The notes under the pieces: generated by a model
Seen by the model: the letters and a program-made list of their open reading frames with translations, nothing else
Database searches by the model: none
Told to the model about the DNA's origin: nothing
Assembly: GCA_963663805.2 (NCBI GenBank)
Contig: CAXXMR010000009.1
Location: 416,001-480,000, forward strand
Origin: Sedimentisphaerales bacterium
GTDB taxonomy: Bacteria > Planctomycetota > Phycisphaerae > Sedimentisphaerales > SM23-30
Direction: 5' to 3'
DNA: 64,000 nt
Position numbers and translations under genes: made by a program
Shown: positions 39,748 to 53,200 of the stretch, one piece after another
Layout: each line of letters begins with the position of its first letter
How positions within the stretch are numbered: position 1 is the first letter of the stretch

Positions 39748-39862
39748 CGAAAAAGCCTTCTTTTTACAAAAAAAAAGTCAAAAAACCAAAAAAAACGAGC
39801 AGAAATTAGCAAAAATCGGTCACCTCAGGCACGTTCGCGATGACTTCTTCGACGTTTTTTAG

Positions 39863-40579
39863 TTAAATCGCCTCTGCCGCATGACGCTGATCCAGGGCAC
39901 GAGAAATCAGTTTTGCCACCGATTCCGGGCTCAGTTTTTCCGTACTGAATACCATATCATAATGCGTGGGATCGCATATGTCCTTATTGAGAAACTGTTT
40001 AACGAAAGCACGCTGGGACTTGTCTGCTTTTTCCACCAGAATCCGAGCTTCCTCAATACCGACATCGAACAATTCCGCATAACGCTGAGACCGCATAGCA
40101 AAAGGTGCGGTAATACGAACGCTAAGTCCTTTCTCACGCGGAAGTACCAATCCCGCAGCACGACCAGCGATTACCGCCTGACCATAACGAGCAACTATCA
40201 GCAATACCCGTACAAGATGGCGGTAATATTTGTCAGGACCAATAGATTGTTCCCCAAAACTCAAAGAATCCTTCAGCCAACCGCCCCCACGCTCTTCTAT
40301 GCCGTCAAGCATATCGCGATGGACGTTCATATTGCTGGACATTTGGTCGATAATTTCACGGTCGAATTTACGCCAGCCCAGCAATTCTGACAAGATACGG
40401 GCGATTTCACCGCCACTGCTGCCCGGCTCGCGACTTATGGTGATATAATCGATTTCCCGTCCGGCCAGTTTGGCGCGGGTCTCACGCATAGCCTCCTCGC
40501 TACGCCGTAATTCCCATTGACGCATCTGTTTCTCGACGATGTGGTCAATTGCCCGACCTTTAATTGGTTTTCCAGACAT
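39863..40579 (-). CDS. cytidylate-kinase-like family protein
   Basis: ITISREPGSSGGEIA, VIAGRAA, VRITAP, DPTHYDMV. Confidence 0.85.
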   Translation of the reverse strand: MSGKPIKGRAIDHIVEKQMRQWELRRSEEAMRETRAKLAGREIDYITISREPGSSGGEIARILSELLGWRKFDREIIDQMSSNMNVHRDMLDGIEERGGGWLKDSLSFGEQSIGPDKYYRHLVRVLLIVARYGQAVIAGRAAGLVLPREKGLSVRITAPFAMRSQRYAELFDVGIEEARILVEKADKSQRAFVKQFLNKDICDPTHYDMVFSTEKLSPESVAKLISRALDQRHAAEAI

Positions 40580-40844
40580 TGCTCAGCTCCATATTTGAAA
40601 CAGTATTAACCAGTAGCACAGCCCGCATTCAGACAATTATAACAAATAAAACTATGGGAAGCCAATTTGCAAGGGCTTAAAAACATCTGTTTTTTACAAA
40701 ATTAAACATATTTGCCAATGTAACACTTTGTTATTAATGCGTTTACAGTGTGATTGGTATTTTGATAAATAAACAATGCACTGGGCCGGAAATCAAATAT
40801 CACCCGGCAATACCGTTAAAATCGCTATAGATGTCAGCCGAGTA

Positions 40845-43077
40845 TTACAGCCCGGCCTGTATCTGGTCAAGAATCAACTGGCGGACCTTGGAGCTGGGCA
40901 GGTTCAAGGAACCATAAGCCTCTGCCGCGAGATTCCGCAAATCGGGGTCGGCATCGACCGAGCTGACAATCGCGTATATGGCCTCAATCTGTTCAGCCAG
41001 CAGGAGATTTCCGAAGGCTTTGCAGGAGGTACTCATCAAGTTAAATGTCATCAGGCGGATGTCCATGGGGACTTGTTCGTCCAGGGCCAACTTAGCCAGA
41101 GCTCTTTGGGCGGCCTGGGAATTTATCCGGGCCAGAGCCGCGACCGCGGCGGCCTGAACATCGGTACGTTCATCGCGAGCGGCCTGCAAGAGTGCCGACT
41201 GAGCCACGGCGGAATCAAGAACGGGATTTCTGGTAATAGCCAGAGCCTGTAAAGCCAGGGCCGCTTTGACAGCGTATTCATCGGCCATTTGGGGAGCGAA
41301 ATTCGCCGCGTAGTTGTGCTGCATGACCTTTTCTGCGAGAGTTATCATTTCTTCGGCGGTTTGGCCGGGCAGAATAATTTTGAGGAAGCTGTTGTTTTCA
41401 TATTTTTTGCGGGCAGCGGCCAGCGACTGAGTGTCGGCGACAACCAGCGTGGGGCAAAGCGCCAGGCGATAATCCTGGGCGATAAGCTGGAGAGTTTCGT
41501 CGAGGTCAGGGCGTTTGATGTCGCGGGCCAGAATAATCAGGTCGAAACCGGGCAAGGCCGCGGCCTGTTCAACGGTGACCGCGAAATGTTCGCCGCCGAC
41601 AACCTCAGCAAAGGCTTCGGAACGACGCAACTGACCAATAATTTCATTTCTTCTTTGGGAATCCGGGTCAACAACCAGAGCGTAGCGATGTCCCTTCTGG
41701 AGAAGAGCCTCAGCTAAAATCGGCACAACCAGATTGCTCTGTTCGAAGGTGTTTAGAGGCAGGGCGTGAGCAATGGCCAGGGCGGCATTGAAGCGTACTT
41801 CCCGGTCGGCAAAACTCAGGGCTTCAATTAAGGGACGACGGCCCATTAAATGATAGAGCAAAGATTCCTGCCCGGCGTTGCGTTCGAGGGCCTTGATGGC
41901 ACCCAGAGCGACGCTGCGATTTTTGTTGGCCAGCGATCTTGCCAATACTCTCTGTAAATACTGGGGGCCGGTAGTGAGTGCGTAAGTTGCGGCATCGGCG
42001 TGATTTTCGCCGAAATACTGGGGCTGAGCATGGCCGTTGGCTTCGAGGCGGAAAAATGAAGACAACCACAGGGCAATCGCATCGGCAGAGCTGTCATCGA
42101 GACGAATAGCATCCTCGCAATTACGCATGGTCATAAGTTCGTCGAAAGCCTCACGTTCGACCTGCTCAGAAACAAGGCCTTCTTTGTCATTCCAGAACCA
42201 GATATTGGCGTTTGTCTGATTGGCCGGCGCTTGCAGGGAAGGCATGTGATTGTAGTAAGCGTTGGCCAGACGCAGATACTGCCAGGCGGCATTGGGGCCG
42301 GCGTATTCACTGCGGGAGTCGATAGCCTTGATAGCATCTTTGATGGTTTGTTTGAGTTCCGGGCTGGTATTTTCGGCATCGAGCATTTCGACCAGACAGG
42401 GCAGGGCCCCATGATAGCCGATTTTGCCGAGCGCCTCGGCGACAATCAGTTTGATATTTAGGGCGGGGCAATCCTGCATAACCACTACCAGCGGATTAAC
42501 GGCGGGCAGTCCCAACTGGGGCAGAGCCCAGCGAATCAAGGCCAGCTCTTCGGTACGCCTGGGGTCGCGCAAGGTTTCAATCATGACCGGTACAGCCCAT
42601 TCGCCGGAGTCTTTCAGGCGGTCGATGGCGAGCATTCTGCCGCGGGTAGTTCCGGAAAGCCTTTTGACTTCAAACGGCGATGCGGTCTCTGTCGGTACGT
42701 CTCTGGAAGCGACCGGCCTCGACGAGCTTAAGAATCTCGTCGGCGATGTCGCGGAGGGGGCTGTCTTGTTTGAGCAGGGTCAAACTGCGATAGCTGTCGG
42801 AATAGCGGCTGGACTCGGCCAGTTCGAGTACCGATACGGGGTTGGGGTTGCTGTCGATGAGTGCCTGGCCATGCTTACGGGCCAGTTCCCATTTCCCGAT
42901 GAGTGAATAGTGCATGAAATCATCCCAGTCTCTCAGCAGACTGGCGTCTACGTCGGGCGTGTCCGACTGGGCGAAAAGTTCAGGAGCCGAAACAAAGGAA
43001 CCCGAAATCAGCGTCAAGGCTGCAAATAAAACTATCGTACACTGCTTAAAGCTCATATTTTGAATCTCCGCTGTCAT
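40845..43077 (-). CDS. exported HEAT-repeat protein with a central receiver-like domain, one frameshift
   Basis: ORFs 42670-43077 and 40845-42635 join as DRIAV/EVKRLSGTTRGRMLAIDRL on removing one base at 42672-42674. Signal peptide; HEAT motifs (AEALGKIG, EVRFNAALAIA, VQAAAVAALA). Confidence 0.78.
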
Positions 43078-43181
43078 TTATGCACTACCGGGCAACTGGG
43101 GGCCCATGAAAAAGCACAGTATGCGACGACTCGCATAAAAGTCGTCCTAAAAGGCACTTACGTTTTTATAACGCCGAAAGG

Positions 43182-43209
43182 ATTATAAATAAACCAACGG
43201 CACTGTCAA
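43182..43209 (-). promoter_or_regulatory. sigma70-type promoter of the HEAT-repeat gene
   Basis: TTGACA-16 nt-TATAAT on the minus strand. Confidence 0.65.
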
Positions 43210-43230
43210 CAAAATTAAGGTTTAGCCCTT

Positions 43231-44195
43231 TCAGCTTTCCTCGGAGGCTCGTTTTTCCAGGACTTCCAGTTTGTCACGGACTTCCTGAGCCATTCTGCTG
43301 TTGGGGTATTCATCGATAATCTCCCGGCCAATCTTAAGGGCGCGGGACCATTTTTTTTCGGTTACAAAGAGTGAAAACTGTACGCCCATATTGTGGAGCT
43401 TGGCTTTGAATACTCCGCGAGCGGATTCTTCCAGAGCGGCCGCTTCGGTGGGGGTCAGGTGCTGGTCGAGCAGTTTGAGCAGTTCGACACCCTGTTCGAC
43501 ATCATTGTCCTGAACAGCCTTATCCCAGCGGGCCAAAAGTTCTTTTTTATGCTCCAGACGATTAAAACTCTGTTTTGCCGTCCAGTTCTCTGATGCCATC
43601 GTGTGTGGGGTATATTCTGATAAGCCGCTGGACTTCCTGTTCCGCTTCGACGTAGCCGTGAATCATCCCAGAGGCTTTCGACATGTTTGATGGCGGCTAC
43701 GATTTTTTCTTCTTCAGTGGCCTGCTGATTTTGCGCTATTTCCTCACGGAGGGCATGGGCTTCCTGCTTATTGCCGAAACAGTGTTCCATTTCGTCGATA
43801 AGAGCGGCGGCGTTTTCCCATTTTTCACTGCGGATTTCGGCTTGTATAGCCTGAGTTACCACTTCGCGGTCTTTTTCGCGAAAGGCCATTGATTTAACGT
43901 TTTCGCTGATGAGCAGGTTCTCGTTCATTTGGGTAATGAGCGCTTCGCTACGGGTTTGAGAGTTCATTATCCGTCGCAGGCAGGAAGTCATGGCTCGGCA
44001 ATCATCACGAATATTGGCCAGATAGCTCATAATCAGCAAAACCGTAATACCCGCGACAACCACAAGTACTATCGCCAAGATTTCGCCACCTGAACTTTTA
44101 GCTATCATTATCGCGATAAGCACGGTTAGCAAAAACCATATTATCGCGGCTATCCATAACCTGCCTCGACTGTTTTTTTGAGTCTCAGCCATCAA
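43231..44195 (-). CDS. membrane-anchored helical hypothetical protein, frameshifted around 43560-43670
   Basis: Two N-terminal TM segments, coiled-coil/TPR-like body; ORFs 43455-44195 and 43231-43599 overlap in different frames. Confidence 0.65.
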
Positions 44196-44258
44196 AAAAT
44201 CTCCTGTTATGATTTATTTTAGCCGCATCCGTTTCGGCTAACTTTGTAACTATAATTA

Positions 44259-47200
44259 TCAGCGGCCCATTACGGTTCCGGAGCCGATATTTCGCAAGAG
44301 CAGGTCAATTTCATTGGTGAACCCGACTGACTGATACCAGTAATCATTGCGTTCGGTCAGAACCTGCGGTTCCAGATAATCATTGTATCCCATGAGGTTG
44401 TTGGGCTCATCGACATCAACTTCTGTGGCATGTTCCAATCCGAGAATGTGGCCGAGCTCATGGGCTCCGATGTTCGCAAGCAGTGTAGCAACCTGGTCAA
44501 AACGCACGGTGCCGTCTTCGCTGAGCGGGCCGAGGTCGCCGTAATACTCGGCGTAATATCCGTCACCCATGTAGAATGTTGCCAGTTCATCGGTCAGGAC
44601 GATAGCCTGGTCGGTGCGGTCATAATTATGCCGGTCGATATTTTCGGCTAACCCAAACAGACCTTCACTTAAAGTCCTGCCGCCGAAAAGCACTTCGCTG
44701 TAAACGGTGCCTGCCGCGGGCAGGGTTGTGGTAAACTCGATTTCCTGTTCGGTCAGGCCGGCGTCACGATAAATCTGTTCGATACGGGCGGCAATTTCCT
44801 GAATCAAACCGGAACGCATATTGGCTAAATCGAAGGCCTCGGCGTCAAATGCCGGGCGGTTGGCATAGTAGCTGGGCACACCCTGATATTCAGTGAAATA
44901 GTCCGCGGTTCCACCGTTGAAATTCAGATAAACTAGTTGCGACGGGGCTTCTTCGATGGGCTCGGGGTCTGTGGTTTCAATCCTGAGCCGGTAAGCTATG
45001 CTCTCGTCGAGGTCGGCATCAGAATTTTCCATGCTGACCACGACATAATAAGTGCCCAGGCCATCGACGTTGGGGTCAATTACGATTCCCTCATGCCCGT
45101 CAATTTCAAATGCCGCCTGAACCGCGTAGTTCGGGTCGATAGAGTCAGCGGCGGTCATTGCATCGTCACCGGTGGAATTGGAAATCGAGGCGATAGCTTC
45201 CAGGTCGGCGTTGTAAATCGCGACCATAATCTGTGATACGTCACGGCCATACAAGGTTTCAGCTTCAGCGTTGATGGAAATATACTGACCTTCAGCAAGC
45301 TGTAAAGTAAAGACATCCACGTCATCCAGACAGCCCAGTTCGGCATCATGATTACGCTGCTGGCGATACCGGGGTCGAGCAGGGCAGTACCCTGACCGTC
45401 AACGACAATACCTTCGATATAAATGGGCCAATCTTCATGGCGATAAGTGTAAGTGCCGGGGTCGTCGGGGTCTTCGCTGAGGTCGGGGCTGTTGGTGCCG
45501 AGGTCAACTGGTTCGTTATAAGGGACAACCTGGTCGTAGAGATAGCCGTTGGGGTTTCTTCGATGCCGAAATCGCTGTTGCCGTCGTCAAAGACCATGAT
45601 TTTCAGGTCATAAGTCGCCGGCAGGCCGGAGATGTTCAGAATGTAATCGCCGTCCTCAGTGACCTGATACTGCATGGTTTCGGATGTTGAGGACGCTACC
45701 TGCTGAGAAACACGGGTGTCGGAAGTTGCCACGCGGAGCATGTCAGCGGTGCTGCCGAAATATACGGCCAATGGCCGCTGCCTTGATCGGTGTCGATGAT
45801 AATGCTCATGCTGTCGGAATCCAGACTCAGCAATGACGCATGAAGATTATTGGTCAGGAAAACCGAATCGATATTGGCAGTTCCCTGAGTACCGTCGATA
45901 AGCCAGTCGATGTCGGCAATATCGAGAATAATATCTCCCTGGTCGGTCTGGTAGGTAATGTCAAAGCGGTAGAATCCGCCGGTGTTGGCAATGTCAGCCT
46001 GAGTATTTCCGGCGGCGGTGCTAATGGTCACAGTGTCGAACTGAGGATTAGAACCATTGCCAAAACTGTGATTAACGGTTTGGGTCTGGGTTGTTGTCGC
46101 GAGGGTGATAGTAACTTCATCGCCCTGTGGGGTACCCTGTACCGAACGGCTGAGGAAGCGCCGGCGGCACCGGTATTGTTAATGGTATAGTAGACGCTGT
46201 TATAGAAGTCGTAATAGTTTACGGTTTCCACCGCGAAGGTCAGGGATGTATAATCCGCCCCGGTGGGCAGGCTTTCGACATAACGCATGAGAGTAGTGTT
46301 TTCGTCGCCCAGCGTTTCGGTAGTAAACTCTACCAGGCTGTCGGAATTGTTTTCGATACCGAAGAGGCGACCGTTCACATCAAAATCCAGCCCGGTCACG
46401 TCGAAAGTCGTACTGCCATTGATACCCAGATTGTCAAAACTGCCGCCTATTGGCTCAGCTTTGCCATAATTGACATTGTTGGCGGCCTGGTCATTTTCCG
46501 TGCCGGTATGCATCGCCGCGTCAATGACCACCAGCGACTGAGTGGCAGAGTCAATGCCGAAGAGCAAGCCGCTTATGCCGGAAGCGGTAGAGGCATTGCC
46601 GTAGGCCAGACTGGTGATGTTATTGGTGACATTATCAAAAATGTCTATATCGCTCAAATCATGGACCGACAAGTGCATTCCCGCAATCGGGTCGGGGGTC
46701 GGTGATGTCGTCTATAATAAGCAGGGAGTCACGGCTGATGTTATTGGCAGTATCGGTGGACCGTGACGACGGCGTAAAGCGAATCCCCTTCGCCAAACTC
46801 CAGACCGCGGATATTACTGAAATCAAGCGACGGTGCCAGGTTGTGATAAAGCTCGGTGAGCATTTCTTCGTCCAGCACGACATATTCGTCGGTGACACTG
46901 TCCGGGTCGATAATGGTCATTGGTCGGACAGTGATTTTTTCGTCAACCGTGGTCACCACGCTGCCTACGGTCTGGTCGGTGTAGACGCGTTCTTTGCCGA
47001 GGTTGTAGTGCTGTAGAGCATGAAAGTGTCCTGGAGGGAATCGTAGGCGAGCCCGTCGTAGATAGTCCAGGTCACACTTGAAATAAGGTCAGCGTAAAGC
47101 TCCGGCTCTGCTACCAGAATAGTCTCAACATCATTCAGGAATTCGCTGGTCAGGTCGGTTTCGAGGGTGTTCATTTGCTGGGGGGTAAGTTCCAGAGCCA

Positions 47201-50200
47201 ACCTCTGCCGTAAATTTTCGGAAATGTCGGCTTTAATATCAACCGCCAGAGGTGAGGACGCGAAAGTGAGCGAACTCATATCAGTCAGAATTGTGTCCCT
47301 GGTGGGTATCAGGTCGTCATTGGTGGCTTCGCCGATGATGGGGCCGGTAACCTGAACCTGCTGGGCCGCGAGAGATTCTATCATGCTGCTGCCGGCGAAG
47401 TAGACTTTTACATCACCATCACCGCTTTCAGCGTCAATATCAACGCGGAAGCTGTGGGCTCCGGTGCGTACTACCTGGACAAAATCACTGTCGTCAGCGA
47501 CAGCTACAATCGTGCCGTAATCAGATTCATTCTGCCATTCAACGTCGGAAATGGTGAAACTGACCTGGTCATAGCCGGCACCATGAGCGTAATTGATATT
47601 TACGCCGTAGTAGTAACCACCGTTGATATAGCTGCCGAAGCCGGCGTTGGCGGGAATAGTTGAAGTTCTCGAATCAACCCAGTTGCTGTTGCCGAAATTG
47701 GTGACATCGGAGCCGAAAGTATGCTCGATCGGGGTCAGGGAATTCATCGAAACTCGATGGTGTCGCCTATCGGTGATTCACGCAGAGGGATAGCGATAAG
47801 AATCGCGCCGCCCGGCTCAATGGCCATGCCGTGACGCTCTAAATCGCTGTTGTCGAAGGTTTGCCATGGTTCGCTGTCTGCTGTACCGGTTGTCACGTCA
47901 ACAACAAAGAGGGCGTCTTTCTCCAAATTCGCCCGGCTGTCGGCGGGCTGATCGTGGAGCAGCAGCAGGTAGAAACCGTCATCGCTGACCTGACAGACCG
48001 GTCGGCACCAGACCTTCCAGGCCGATTCCATTACCGATGGCAGTGGCAACGCCGGAAGTTTCGTTTACCACACTGTAAGTTTTGTTGATTTCGAGCAGGG
48101 TGTTGGAATGGCCGTCAACTGCGTACAGCTGGCCGTTAAATTCCGACAGGGCGGTAATGTTGTCGTAACCGACAGGATTGTTGTATAGAGTTATCGAGGG
48201 ACGCAATGCGGTGTTTGAAGCGTCAAAGTCACCGCTGATTCGGTCGATACGCACCAGATACTGGTCCTGCTGATTATCGAATGTGCGGAAATCGGCAATC
48301 GCCCAGATGCTGTCGCTGATACGACCGGTAAGGGCTTTGAGGCCCAGAATAGTGGCCCTGTCCGGCAATCAGTGAATTGAAGTCGTCGAGGGTGTTCTCC
48401 AGAAGCGTTACAGTCATATCCGTCTGGTCTATTGTATAGAACAGTTTGGCCCTGGTCTTCATAGCCATAGAACGTTCCGCCCACGAATGCCAGTTCATCC
48501 AGGCTTGGGGCGACCATGTCCCTGACAGGACTTAGGTTCTCAAGGGCGTTTTGCGTCAATGACGGTGGCGTAAGTACTGGTGAGGCTCTGTACCCCGGCA
48601 GCGTTTTCCTCTTCGACATACAAAAGACGCAAGCTGAAACTGTCTTCGTCGAATACTATATTGTCGCTGGAGTTGAACCCGGTGTCGGCAATGATGACAT
48701 TTATAATTTGGCCGGCCTCAAGCCCCGTCAGACGAATGAGGTCTTCTTCGGTCCAGGCGTCATCGGTGGTGTTGTTCAGGTCGTCGCCGGTCTGGCTGCG
48801 ATAGTTCCACCAGCGGTTGGTTGGGAAATTGCTCTGAGCGAAAGGCTCATACGAAGTTGAGATGCCGCCGCCTACATCAGCTACCGCGAAATAATATTCA
48901 AAGTCCTCGCCGCCCGGTTCACCGTCGCCGCTGGGCCAGGAACCATCAAACTCACCATCCAGAGCCACGCCGTTACGGTTGGTAATCTGGTTGGACTTTA
49001 GCACGACCTTGAAGTAGTTGGCACCGAATTTGTTCGTGGCGAACCCTTCGGAGTTGTGATAAGAAGCCGTGTTGGTCTCGGCGTCATAAGTTACCCATAC
49101 CGTGGGGTCGGTTACGGAATCATTATCGCCAGCGATGATAACGTCATTACCGTCGAATACCAGGTCAAAGCCCGGTGACCACAGTTGGAAAGACTGCCAT
49201 TGGGCGTTATCGGAGGTGATGTCGGCTACTTCCAGAGTTGAGCCGTCGATGTCCTTGGTGGAAACTTCGCTGCGAATTAGATTGCCATCTCCGGCAAAAG
49301 CGATGCGATTTATCATGACCGACTCAATGTCACCTGCGGCAAATGATGGCGAAAGACTGACCGGTATTGCCGGAACCTTCAGCCTCACCTTTGATAATGA
49401 CCTGACCAATACTCGAAGCGTCGGTCTGGTTTACTTCGCGGAACTCTACGTTAATAGTATACAAATCCGGGAATGTTACATTGACAACCTGGGGGGCATC
49501 CTGGTCTTCGACGACTCTGCTTTCGATCAGGTCGTCGCCGGTACCGAACATGCCGTCAACACCCGCGGCGACACCGGCAACAATATTCGACTGAATGAAG
49601 TCGCCGGAAATGGTAACTTTGTCCAGGTCGCCGTGACCGCTAATGTCGTTCAGTGAAATGTGGGCATCGGTTCCCGTATCCAGACCCGAAGCGATGGTAC
49701 TGTAGGTTACATCGCCTTTGATTTTAGCCTGATGGAAGTTCCCGCCGGCGGCAATGACCGCGGTATACAATGAACCCGACTGGAAGGAGTCAATATCCTC
49801 AGCGGCCCGTATGCCGCCATAGACATCACCTTTGATTTTGATGGTATAAAGTCCGCCTTCAGAACTTATTACACCATCATAGTCCAGGTCGCCCTTGATA
49901 CTGACAGAGTCAATATAGTTGCCCTGGCCCAGAATAACTCCGGCGAGGTCGCCGTCGATTTTTACGCTGTCCAGGTCGCCGGTGCTGATAGTGGAATTAG
50001 CCATAATATCATCAGCGGTGAGCTTATCGACCGAACCAGCAATCGTGATACTGGTAGCCAGAGTTGATGTTGCCTCGACAGTCCCCAGCTCCACCCTGCC
50101 GGCGTCGCCGCCGATGAACAGTTCACTGCCTTGCCCCCACGCCCTCCAGCTCAAGAGAACCAATCGAACCATCTACATTAAGTGACGCGTCGCCGGTTAA

Positions 50201-53200
50201 CACTATAGATTCTTCCGTCGATGCATAATTGACCCAGTTCGCCATCGTCGCTGGTGAACAGGTCGGTAATATCAATGGACTCGCCGCCGCTGACACTGAT
50301 TTTAACCTTGGTTTTGGAAGTTGTGCCGTTAAGAGAGATAGCCGAAATACAATTGTTACCGGCCAATACCTCGCCGACTCCATCACCGCTAAGGGTGATT
50401 TTGACAGTCTTGCCGCTAATTTCCAAAATCGCCGCGGTGCCCGCCTCAAAAATCTGGCCATTGGGCATACTGGGCGAACTCGCCGCCACCGTCCAGACCC
50501 TAAAACCGCTAGCCTGCATAATCGGAACGGGCAGGTCGCGGTCTTCCACGGTAACCTGATTGATTTGGGTGTCGGCGAAAATACCAAAAGGTGTACCGTC
50601 GCCTTCAATCACATTGATATAAACCTTGTCGATCGTGCTGATACCCACACCGGCGGTATCACTGCCGTCCAGGTCGCCAAACACGGTATTCACACCCGGA
50701 CTAACGCCCCGCGGCGATAACCGAGCGGTTGAAAATATTGATTGTGACTTCGCCGATATTGCCAAAGGCAGCGTATTCGCTGGCATCAACAGCCGTGCCG
50801 TCAACGATAAGATTTTCGCCCGGATCAAAACCCGCCAGAATAAAACTGTTGGCCATGGTATCGGTGATTTCAATCTCATCGATATTGCGTCCCGCCGTCA
50901 CACTAACCGCCGCACCATTTTCGTCACCAACATTCGTCGCGACAATACTGCCGATACTGCCGGTAACCCGCACGGTCCCCAGAATACTGCCTTCGACGAT
51001 AAGTTCATCCAGGTCGCCTTCAATCAGCAGCACACCGTCAACAGCTATGTCACCATAAATATGTAAAGTATCGATACTGTCGGTCGAATGGTAGGTTCCT
51101 AAAATCGAACCATCAATTTCAATCCCGCCGCCGCCGTCAATGGTAACTTCACCGACAATATCAGAACTTTCACTTGCCAATGTTCCTACCGCACTCTGAA
51201 CCGTGCTGTAACTTGATTGCGTATCATTCTTCGCATCCAGCACACCAGCCTTAAAGCTGTCCGAAGTCAGAATCGCAGCCGAATTATCCTCGACCAGTGA
51301 CTCGCTGCCGTCAACCTTATGAAGATCGCCGCCAGCCGTAGCGGTGTACGAAGTTCTCATTGAAGCAAAGCTGTTAGCTGTTTCATCGCCGCCCTTGGTG
51401 ATAAGTTTACCGACCTTACCTTCGACATTCAGGTCGCCGTTGAAATTACCTTCGTTAATCTTGTAGCCGCCGAAGTCGCCGCCGACGCTGATGTCGCCCG
51501 TTGACATCGCCGCGATGCTGCGAACTGCCGTAAGTGACCAGCGACTTGAAGTCGCCAAATACATCGATGTCGTTATTGACAGCACCGTAAACCTTAAGCG
51601 TGCCCAGATCGCCGTCAACGGTAATACTGCTTTCGATGTCGCCCACATGATTTTTCGAGCCCACGGTCAGTGACTTGAAGTCGCCATGTACGCGGAAATC
51701 AGAGCCTTCACGACCAAAATCTTCGCCGCTCTGAATCTTGCCCACGTCACCGCCTATGTCGCCCAGGCCGAGTATCTCACCGCCGACCTTGAGCGATTTA
51801 AGCACATAGCCGTCAATATCATATTTAGCGTGAGGCCCCTGCGGATTAGCCTGAGAAACCGCCTGAGGATCCCAGTTAATCAGCAGACCCGCCAGGAAAT
51901 CACCCTCAGCGGTAATACTGCCCACAACACCATCGACAATAATCTCACCGCCGGTAGGCGTGCCGATGTCGCCGCCGGACTTAATCTTCTTCAGGTCGCC
52001 GTAGGGCCCGGTTACTTCGATGGTACTGATGAGGTCGCCGCCGGTCTGGATTGATTTAACCGGCCCACCGACGAAAATCGCTGAACCAAGCATGTCGCCG
52101 CCGACCTTTAGTGTTCCTAGTTCACCGGCTTCGATTTCCAGGTCAAAAACATCGCCGCTGACAGTTACCTTATTAAGTTCGTTATAGGCGGAAATATCAG
52201 AGTTGTTGATTTCGCGAACGGTTATGCTGCCCACATTGAAGCTGCTGCGAATTTCACTGTTGTCGATAGTGCCGTTGTCGGTAACCTTAATTGTGCCGAT
52301 TTCGCGACCAGCCAGAATCATGGAATCCTGAATGCCGGCCCCGCCCACAGTGATATTATCAATAAATCCAGTGTTGGAAAAATATACCGTGGCACAATCT
52401 ATACGGGAATAAAACATTCCCTCAGCACCGCCGCTGATTTTTATATTGTCGATACTGGAGGCCCTGATGAGACCACCCCAGATTTCTGACCCGTCACCGG
52501 TTATTTCGATGGAGCCAATTGGACCGCTTAAAGCATAATCGTCAAAGTCAATGAAGTCGTCAAAGCTGGTACTTACGGTAATATTCACGCCCATATACCC
52601 GACACCGCTGACCCGGTCCATGGCCAAAGCTATGCCGTTATAACCGACTATCCGGGCACCGTCGCTGACGTTAACACTATCAATAGAAACGCCCGCGAAA
52701 ATCGGACCGGCAATATCATTGCCCGGCCCTTCAATATAAATATCTCCTATTGAACCGCGGACAAACAGACCGGACAGAGCGTAATCACCCCGACCAGGAT
52801 CGAGCAAGCCGTCACCCAGGTAAATACGCCCCAGGTCGCCGGTTACCAAAACCGTGCCCACGATACCGCCAAACTGTCCCGGTTTATTGCTCTCATCACT
52901 GTTCAGCACGATACGGTTAATATTGCCGCCAATATGAGCGTTACCCAGAGAACCGGCGATTTCTATAACATTAACACCGCCGGGCATGACCAAGCCGGTA
53001 TTCATTATGCCTATCGGGTCAACATTGGGGTCATTCGGTTCTTCGCCTTCCACGATGCCCAAAAGATACCGATGGCCTGGCCGGTTGTCGCGGTGGTCAG
53101 GCCCAGATTGCCGCCCAGCTTAATGGATTCAAAAATTATAGGATCTTCGTCATCAGTTGTGCTGGTGTCTCCAGTTTCCATGGCTACGACAGTTTCAACA

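Noticed and set aside
44259..53070. Stop-codon readthrough or recoded TGA explaining the fragmented ORFs
   Set aside because: The continuation is always in a different frame, fragments end in TAA/TAG as well as TGA, and intact genes terminate normally at TGA.
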